From the human T2T-CHM13v2.0 reference genome, Homo sapiens, in assembly GCF_009914755.1 (NCBI RefSeq), contig NC_060946.1: a DNA stretch of 64,000 nucleotides. The stretch is one strand, 5' to 3'. Positions 51,000 to 64,000 of the stretch are shown piece after piece (position 1 is the stretch's first letter; every line of letters starts with the position of its first letter). The notes below the pieces were generated by a model, which worked only from the letters and a program-made list of their open reading frames with translations, had not been told where the DNA came from and searched no databases. The translations under genes and the position numbers were made by a program.

Positions 51000-51138
51000 T
51001 ATAAACTAAAAATAAATTTCTAAACTCCTGTTGACTAAATAGACCTCTCTTCTTGAATAAGGACATTCCAAAGTTAACCTGAAAAGCTAGTTCAAGCCAT
51101 GGGTCACACATCTCTCATTATACTCTCCTCCCTTTGGT
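51000..51138 (+). mobile_element. MER4-type LTR 5' fragment
   Basis: taaactaaaaataaatttctaa..cattccaaagttaacctgaaaagctagttca..ctcattatactctcctcccttt. Confidence 0.7.
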
Positions 51139-52183
51139 TTTAATTTTAATTTTAATTTTAATTTTTAATTTATTTTTGTGGGTACATAGTTGGTGTATAT
51201 ATTTATGGGGGTACATGACATACTTTGATGCAGTCATGCAATGAGTAATACATAATAAAAAACATGGTATCTGTCCCCTCAAGCATTTATAGCTTGTGTT
51301 ATAAACAATCCAATTATACTCTTTTAGTTTTTTTAAATGTGGAATTAAATTATTTTTTACTATAATCACCCTGTTGTGCTATCAAATGCTGTCTTATTCA
51401 TTCTTTCTAACAATTGTTTTTTTACCCATTTAGCATCCCCACTATCCCCTTGTTCCCTCCCTGCCCTTGCCAGCCTCTGGTAACCATCCTTATACTCTCT
51501 ATCTCTATGACACCAATTGTTTTGAATTTTAGCACCCACAAATAAGTGAGACGATGTGACATTTGTATTTCTGTGCCTGACATTTCACTTAACATAAAGA
51601 CTTTCAGTTCCATTTATGTTATTGCAAATGACAGGCTCTCATTCTTTCTTACAGCTGAATAGTACTCCATTGTGTATATGTACCACATTTTCTCTATCCA
51701 GTCATCTGTTGATGGACATTTAGGTTCCTTCCAAATCTTGGCTATTATAAACCCTGCTGTAGCAAACATGAGAGTGCCAATAGGTCTTTGATTTACCAAT
51801 TTTATTTCTTGTAGGCATATATTGAGCAGTGGGATTCCTGGACCATATAGTAGCTCTATTTTTAATTATATTGGGAACATCCAAAATGTCCTTAAATGTG
51901 CTCCCAACAGCAGTGTACAAGGGTTCCCTTCACTCCACATACTCACCAGCATTTGTTTTTCACTGACTTCTGAATAAAAGCCACCTTAACTAGGGTGAAA
52001 CGATATCTCATTTTGGGTTTGATTTGCATTTCTATGATGATCAGTAATGTGGAGCACCTTTTCATTTGTCTGTTTGACATTTGTATGTCTTCTTTTCATA
52101 AATGTCTATTTAAATTTTTTGTCCACTCTTTATTTGGGTTATTACTTTTTTCTGTAGAATTTTTTGAACTCAATATATTGTAG

Positions 52184-52855
52184 TGTATTAGTCTGTTCCT
52201 GCACTGCTATAAAAAAAAATACCTGAGACTGTGTTATCTATTTATTTACTGAGATGAAGTCTTGATCTGTTGCCCAGGCTGAAGTGCAGTGGTGCAATCT
52301 TGGCTCACTGCAACCTCCACCTCCTGACTCAAGCAATTCTCTGCCTCAGCCTCCTGAGTAGCTGGGATTACAGGCACCTGCCACCATGCCTGGCTAATTT
52401 TTATATTTTTAGTGGAGACAGGGTTTCACCATCTTGGCCAGGCTGGTCTTGAACTCCTGGCCTAGTGATCCACCCACATCAGCCTCCCAAAGTGGTGAGA
52501 TTACAGGCATGAGCCACCACACCTGGCAAGACTGGGTAATTTATAAAGGAAATGGGTTTAATTGAATCACAGTTCCACATGGCCAGGGAGGCCTCAGGAA
52601 ACTTACAATAATGGCAGATGGGGAAGCAGGCACCTCTTACATGACAGCAGGCGAGACAGCATGTATGTGAAGCAAAGGGGGAAGAGTCCTTTATAAAACC
52701 ATCAGATCTCATGAGAAATCACTCATTATCAGAAGAACAGCATGGGGGAAACCACCCCCATGATCCAATCACCTTCTACCAAGTCTCTCCCTCAACATCT
52801 GGGGATTACAATTCAATATGAGATTTGGGTGGGGACACAAATCCTAACCATATCA
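52184..52855 (-). mobile_element. THE1D/MSTA-like solo LTR containing an antisense AluSg7-like element (~52234-52527)
   Basis: tgtattagtctgttc..taaccatatca. Perfect TSD TGTAG at 52179-52183 and 52856-52860. Confidence 0.9.
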
Positions 52856-53273
52856 TGTAGCTATTAATTGCTTTTCAGATGGATAATTTACAAATATTTT
52901 CTCTCATTCTGTGGATTTTCTCTTCACTTTGTTTCTTGTTTCCTTCACTTTAAAAAGGCTTTCTGACTTTCTGTAATCCGATTTGCCCATGTTTGTTTTG
53001 GTTGTCTGTGCTTCTGGGGCATTATTTAAGGAATTTTTGCCCAAACCAATGACCTAGTTTCCCCAATGTTTTCTTGTAAAAGTTTGATGGTTTGAGGTGT
53101 TAGGTTTAAGTCTTTAATTCATTTTAATTTGATTTTTGTAAGTGGCAAGAAATAGGGTTCTAGTTTTATTCTTCTGCCTATGGCTTGCCAGTTTTCCCAG
53201 CCCTATTTATTACAAAAGCTGTCTCATTTTTTATTGTATGTTCTTGGCACTTTTGTTGAAAATTAATTTAGCT

Positions 53274-54493
53274 CTCCCTCCCATAGGATTCCAGAACACT
53301 GCTATGAGGGTCTGAATGTTTATCCCTTGCATGGGACTCCAGAACACTGTTGCTGGGTTCTAAACGTTTGTCACATAGGATTTCAGAACACTGCTACGAG
53401 GGTCTGAATGTTTGTTCCTCACAGGGGATTCCAGAACACTCCTGCTGTGGTCTGAAGGTTTGTCCCTCACATAGTGTAGGGGTGGGTTGCCCCTCCACAC
53501 CTGTGGGTGTTTCTCGTAAGGTGGAACGAGAGACTTAGGAAAGAAAAAGACACAGAGACAAAGTATAGAGAAAGAAATAAGGGGACCCGGGGGACCAGCG
53601 TTCAGCATATGGAGGATCCCGCCAGCCTCTGAGTTCCCTTAGTATTTATTGATCATTCGTGGGTGTTTCTCCGAGAGGGGGATGTGTCAGGGTCACAAGA
53701 CAATTTTGGGGAGAGGGTCAGCAAACACGTGAACAAAGGTCTTTGCATCATAGACAAGGTAAAGGATTAAGTGCTGTGCTTTTAAATATGCATACACATA
53801 AACATCTCAATGCTTTACAAAGCAGTATTGCTGCCCGCAGGTCCCACCTCCAGCCCTAAGGCGGTTTTTCCCTATCTCAGTAGATGGAACATACAATCGG
53901 GTTTTATACCGAGACATTCCATTGCCCAGGGACGGGCAGGAGACAGATGCCTTCCTCTTGTCTCAACTGCAAGAGGCATGCCTTCCTCTTATACTAATCC
54001 TCCTCAGCACAGACCCTTTACGGGTGTCGGGCTGGGGGACGGTCAGGTCTTTCCCTTCCCACGAGGCCATATTTCAGACTATCACATGGGGGGAAACCTT
54101 GGACAATACTGGCTTTCCTAGGCAGAGGTCCCTGCGGCCTTCCACAGTTTTTGTGTCCCTGGGTACTTGAGATTAGGTAGTGGTGATGACTCTTAAGGAG
54201 CGTGCTGCCTTCAAGCATCTGTTTAACAAAGCACATCTTGCACCGCCCTTAATCCATTTAACTCTGAGTTGACACAGCACATGTTTCAGAGAGCACGGGG
54301 TTGGGGGTAAGGTTATAGATTAACAGAATCTCAAGGCAGAAGAATTTTTCTTAGTACAGAACAAAATGGAGTCTCCTATGTCTACTTCTTTCTACACAGA
54401 CACAGTAACAATCTGATCTCTCTTGCTTTTCTGCACAACATAGGATTCCAGAGCACTGTTATGAGGGTCTGAATGTTTGTCCCTCACACAGAA
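53274..54493. repeat. CER (48-bp centromeric repeat, D22Z3-like) patch of about 5 units, split by LTR5_Hs
   Basis: The unit cataggattccagaacactgctatgagggtctgaatgtttgtccctca recurs at about 48-bp spacing over 53274-53474 and 54444-54493. Confidence 0.88.
53475..54437 (-). mobile_element. HERV-K(HML-2) LTR5_Hs solo LTR
   Basis: tgtaggggtgggttgcccctccacacctgtggg..gatctctcttgctttt. 963 bp, CpGs largely retained. Perfect 6-bp TSD ACATAG at 53469-53474 and 54438-54443. Confidence 0.95.
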
Positions 54494-54800
54494 TGCCAGT
54501 TTTACCAGCCCTATTTATTACAAAAACTGTCTTATTTTTTATTGTATGTTCTTGGCACTTTTGTTGAAAATTAATTTAGCTGTATGAGTGTCTTTCTAAG
54601 GTCTCTATTTCGTTCTATCTGTCTTAATGTCTGTTTTTATGCTAGTGTCATGCTGTTTTAATTACTATAACTTAGTAGTATAATTTAAAACCAGGTAATG
54701 GAATTCCTCCAGTTTTGTTTTATATACTCAGCATAGCTTTGACTTTGTGATGTTTCCATATAAATTTCAGAATTTTTTTTCTATATCTGTGAGGAATGTC

Positions 54801-55107
54801 TTCTTCTTCTTCTTCTTTTTTTTTTTTAGATGGCGTCTTGCTCTGTCACCTAGACTGGAGTGCAGTGATGTGATCTCGGCACACTGCAACCTCCACCTCC
54901 TGGGTTCAAGCAACTTTTTGCCTCAGCCTCCTGAATAGCTGGGATTACAGGCACCTGCCACCATGCCTGGCTATTTTTTTTGTATTTTTAGTAGAGGTGG
55001 GGTTTCACCAAGTTGGCCAGGCTGGTCTGGAACTCCTGACCTCGTGATCCACCAAATTCGGCCTCCCAAAGTGCTGAGTCTACAGGCATGAGCCACTGCC
55101 CCTGGCC
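54801..55107 (-). mobile_element. AluS
   Basis: Full dimer with a (TTC)n/T tail. Confidence 0.9.
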
Positions 55108-55460
55108 TGTTATTTTGATAGAGATGGAATGAAATGAATGGATTGCTATGGATTGTATGGACATTTTTAAAAAAATACTGATTCTTCCAATCTATGAACA
55201 TAAAAATATCTTTCCAACTTTTGGGTCCTTTTTCATTTCTTTTATCAGTGTTTTACAGTTTTAATTGTTGAGAACTTTTATTCCTTTGGTAAATTCCCAC
55301 ACATTTTGTTTTATTTGTGGCTACTGCAAATAGTATTACATTTTTGAATTCTTTTTCAGTTTGTTGACTGTTGGCGTAAAGAAACCCTACTGATTTGTAT
55401 ATGTTGATTTTGTATTCTGCAAATTGACTCAAGTTATTACCTCTAATAGTTTTTGGTGGA

Positions 55461-57906
55461 TGTATTAGGCCATTCTCATATTGCTATAAAAAGTAATCAG
55501 TGACTGGTTAATTTATAAAGAAAATAGGTTTAATTGGTTCATGGTTCTACAGGCTGTACAGAAAGCATAGCACTGGCTTCTGCTTCTGGGGAAGCCTCTG
55601 ACAATTGACAAGGTGAAAAATAAATCCAGTGCTTGCACATCACATGGTAAGTGCGAGGGCAGGGGGGAAGTGCTACACACACTTGTAGATAACCAGCTCT
55701 GATAAAAACTTACTATTGTGGGAATGGCACCAAAGGAAATGATGCCAAACTCTTCATGGAAATCTTGCCCTCATGATTCAATCACCTCCCCTCTAGGCCC
55801 ACTTCCAACATTGAGGATTATATTTCAATATAAGATTTTGGTGGGAATATACATCCAAACTGTATCATTTTGCCCCTGGCCATTCCAAATCTCATATCCT
55901 TCTCATATTTCAAAATACAATCATGACTTCCCAATAATCCCCAAAATCTTAACTAATTTCAGTCTTAACTCAAAAGTCAAAAGTCTCATCTAAGACAAAG
56001 CTAATTTCTTCCTCCTATAAGCCTGTAAAGTAAAAAAACAAGTTAGATTATTCCAAGATACAAATGAGGCAGAGGCATTGGGTAAATACTCCTATTCTAA
56101 AAGGAAGAAATCAGTCAAAAGAAAGGGGCCACAGGACCCATGAAAGTCTAAAACCCAGAAGGGCATTTATTCAATTGTAAGGCTCCAAAATAATTATTTT
56201 TGACCCTGTGTTCCATTTCCAGGGCACGCTAATGCCTTGGGAAGGTTCTACCTTGTGACTTTGCATGGTTCAGCCCCCACAGCTGCTCTCATGGGCTGGC
56301 ATTCTGTGCCTCTGGCTTTTCAAGATGCAAGGTGCAGGCTGTAGCTAGATCTACCATTCTGGGGTCTGGAGGACAGTGATCCTCTCCTCACAGATCTACT
56401 AGGCCATGACCCAGTGGGGAGACTGCCTGGGGACTGTCACCCCACATTTCTTTTCTCCATTGTTTTAGTAGAGGATCTCCATGAGGGCTCCACCCCTGCA
56501 GCATGCTTCTGCCTGCACATCCTGGCTTTTTCATACATCCTTTGAAATAAAGGTGGAGGCTCCCAAGTCTCAACTACTTGCATTTGGTAAACCCACAGGC
56601 CTAACACCACATGGAAGCTACCAAGGTTATGGCTTGCACCATCTGAAGCAGTGACTGGAGTTGTAACTGGGTCAATTTGACCTATACCTGGAGCTGAAGC
56701 AGTGGCCAGGATGCAGGAGCCTTGTTCCAAAGCTACCCAAGGCAGCAGTTCCTGGGCCTGATCCCAGAAACTATTCTCTTCTTTTAGGCCTCAGGGCCTG
56801 TGATGTGGGGCTGCCTTTTAGATTTCTAAAATGCCTTCAATTCCTCTTTCCCATTGTCTTGGCTATCAACACTTGCTATTTTTTAGGTTATACAAATATC
56901 TCTAACAAGTGGTTGACCCATATCCTGCTTGAGTTCCTCTCATAAAAGCTTTTTATATTTCAGCCACATGACTAGGCTGCAAGGTTTTCAAGCTTTTACA
57001 CTATGCTTCTTGTGTAAGTATAAGTTACTACTTATTTTATTTTTATTTTTTTGCTAGAACATGTGAGCATAGGTTGTTAGAAGCAGCCAGTCCACATCAC
57101 AAATGCTTTGCTGCTTAGATATTTTTCCAACAGAAACACTAAATCACCAATTTCAAATTCAAACTTTTATATATCCCTAGAGCATGACAGAAATTCAGCC
57201 AACCACTTTGCTAAGACAACGTGCATGACCTTTGTTTCAGTCCCAATAAGTTTCTAGTTTTCATCTGAGACCTCCTCAGCCCAGCCTTCACTGTCCAGAT
57301 CACTATCAGCATTTTGGTCACAGATATTCAACCAGTCTCTAAGAAAATCTCAACTTTCCCTCATTTTTCTGTCTTCTGAATCCTACAAATTCTTCCAACT
57401 TCTGCCTGTTTACCCAATTACAAAGCTGATTCCACATTTTGGGGTATTCTTATAACCATTTTCCATTCCTTGGTGCCAATTTTCTGTATTAAGCTATTTT
57501 TGCATCACTATGAGAGTGGGACTGGATAATTTATTTTTTACAAAGTAGGTTTAAGTGGCTATGATTCTACAGGCTTTAGAGAAGTCATAGTACTGGAATA
57601 TGCTTCTGGGGAGGTCTCTGGAAGTTTACAGTCATGGCAGAAGTTGAAGCAGAATCTTGCACATCACAGGGCAAAAAGCAGGAGCAAGAAACAGAGGGGA
57701 GAGTTGTTACACAGTTTTAAATAACCAGATCTTATGGGAACTCACTCACTATCATGAGGATAGCACCAAATGGCATGGTGCTAAGCCATTTATGAGTAAT
57801 CCACCCCAATGGTTAAATCACCTCTCACCAGGCCCATCTCCAACATTGAGAATTATATTTATTTAAATATGAGATTTGGGAGGGGACACACATTCATACC
57901 CTATCA
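55461..57906 (-). mobile_element. Full-length MaLR (MSTB-like): LTR 55461-55867, internal region, LTR 57485-57906
   Basis: Two homologous LTRs flanking a MaLR internal sequence. TSD gtgga / gagga. Confidence 0.88.
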
Positions 57907-58283
57907 GAGGAGTCTTTATGCTTTTTCCAATATAACATTATAACATTGGCAAAAAAAAAAAAGGTAATTTGACTTATTTTCCAATTGGGATGCGTTTTAT
58001 TGCTTTCTCCTGTCTGATTGCTCCAGATAGGACTTTCAGCATTATGTTGAATAACAGTGGTAAAAGTGGACATTCTTGTCATCTTCCAGATTTTAGAGGA
58101 AAGGCTTTTAGTTTTTCACCACTTAGTGTGATACTAGCTGTGGGTCTGTCATATATGACTTTTATTATGTTGAGGTATGTTCATTCCATACCCAGTTTTC
58201 AAAGGGTTTTTATTATTAAAGAATATTAAATTTTATCAAAACTTTTTTAGCATAATTGAAATGATTATATGGATTTTGTCCTT

Positions 58284-58629
<346 letters not shown>

Positions 58630-60497
58630 TGATTTGCATGTTGAACCATCCTTGCATCCCTGGGATAAATCCCACTTGGTCATTATGAATTACCTATTTA
58701 TGTATTGTTTAATTCAGTTTGCTAGGTGTTTTGCAAATTTTTGCACCAATATTCTCAGATATGGACCTGTAGTTTGCTTTTTTTAATATGTCTTTGTCTG
58801 GTTTTGATATCAGGGTAATACTAGCCTCAAAGAATGAGTTCGGAAATGTTCTTTCCTTCTCTAGTTTTCAGTCTGGTCCTACAGACTTTTTTATTAAGGC
58901 TTTAATTTTGTTAATCGTTATTGGTCTGTTCAGGTTTTAGATTTTTTCCTAGTTCAATCTTGGTAAGTTGTGTGTGTCTAAGAATTAATTTCCTCTAGGT
59001 TTTCTAATTTGTTGGCATACAATTGCTGATAGTATTCACTAATGATCCTTTGCTTTTCTGAAGCATTACTTTTAATGTCTCCTTTTTCACCTCTGATTTT
59101 ACTAATTTGTATCTTTTCTGTTTTTTAGTTAGCCTGTTTAAATATTTGTCAATTGTTTTACTTTTCAAAAAATCAACTTTTTCTTTCATTAATTCTTTAC
59201 ATTATTTTCGTCATTTTAACTTTATCTACTTATGCTCTAATCTTTACTATTTCTTTTCTTCTAATTTTGGGTTAGGTTTCGTCTTTTTATTCTAATTAAT
59301 TAAGATGTATTTTTAGGTTATTTATTTGAAGTCTTTCTGTTTTTTATGTAGGCACTTACAGTTATAAATTTTCCTTTTATAACAGTACCTCTTTTACGAT
59401 ACTCCATAGGATTTTCTATGCTATGTTTCCATTATCATTTGTTCCAAGAAATTTTTCTATTTTCTTCTTAACTTTTTTATTGACCTACTAATCATTCAGG
59501 AGCATATTGTTTAATGTCCATGTGTTTGTATAGTTTCTTAAATTCCTTTTTTAATTGATTTCTAGTTTTATCCCCTGTAGTCAGAGAAAATGCTTGATAT
59601 TACTTCAATTTTTTGGAATATTTTTAGACTTGTTACTTAACATATGGTCTATCCTTGAAAATAACCCATGTGCTGGGGAGAAGAATGTGTATTCTGCAGC
59701 TGCAGGAAGAAATTTTCTGTAAATATCTATTAGGTTCATTTGTTCTATAGTACAGATTAAGTCTGATGTTTCTTTGTTTATTTTCTGTCTGGAAGGTCTA
59801 TCCAATGACTAAAGTGGGGTGTTGAAGTGTCCAGCCATTATTGTATTGAGGTCTCTTTCTTTAGCTCTTGTAATACTTGCTTCATTTATCTAGATGCTTT
59901 AGTGTTGGGTGCATATATATTTTCAATTATTATATCCTCTTGATGAATTGATCTCTTTATTATTATATAATGACCCTTTAATTTCTTCCTACAGTCTTTT
60001 GTTGAAATCTATTTTTGTCTGGTATAAGTATGGCTATTTCTGCTTTTTTTGGTATCTACTGGCATGGAATAATTTTTCCATCCTTTTATTTTCAGTCTAA
60101 ATGTATCTTTATAGGTAAAGCGTGTTTTTTTGGTAGGTCACAGATTATTATTCTGCTTCTCTATCCATTCATCCACTATTTTTCTTTTGACTGGAGTATA
60201 TAGTTCATTTAAATTCAATGTTATCAGTGATAAGCACTTACTCCTGCCATTTTTTATTTGTTTTCTGATTGATTTTTGTCCTCTCTTCCTTCTTTCCTTT
60301 CTTCCTGTCTTCCTTTTAGTGAAGGTGATTTCTCCTGAATTATAATCTAATTTCTTGCTTTTTACTTTTTGTACATCTATGGTACACTTTTTGACTTGAA
60401 ATTACCATGAGGCTTGAAAATAACATAATACATGATTTTAGGCTGTGGACAATTTAACACTGATTGCATAAACAAAGAAACAAGCAAAACAGAGTTT

Positions 60498-64000
<3,503 letters not shown>

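Noticed and set aside
47237-54437. A single HERV-K provirus bounded by the two LTR5s
   Set aside because: Opposite orientations, different subfamilies, separate TSDs and no HML-2 internal sequence.

Overview
Primate, almost certainly human, genomic DNA (a near-perfect AluYa5 fragment and an LTR5_Hs are present). It looks like a pericentromeric, acrocentric or Y-type segmental-duplication mosaic. I see no intact protein-coding gene. From left to right: the AT-rich 3' end and A-tail of a probable processed pseudogene is inserted into a D4Z4-like macrosatellite unit. That unit carries a decayed DUX4-like gene (2489-3458) whose two homeoboxes were fused by an internal deletion. The next D4Z4 unit is fused to about 1.5 kb of 5S rDNA intergenic spacer, with no 5S gene. 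The remainder is mostly nested retroelements: a full-length L1PA3/4, an internally deleted L1PA7/8, old L1M/L1MA pieces, many Alus, MaLR LTRs, a class I ERV and two HERV-K(HML-2) solo LTRs. Three small relics are missed by the ORF track: a 2.5-unit beta-satellite island, an orphan TUBB8-family promoter plus exon 1 (42058-42114, minus strand) abutting ERV integrase sequence, and a ~5-unit CER satellite patch flanked by an 88-bp direct duplication and later hit by an LTR5_Hs. Family assignments come from my recall of consensus sequences and were not checked against a database. I found no clearly new functional system. The best leads are structural or evolutionary.
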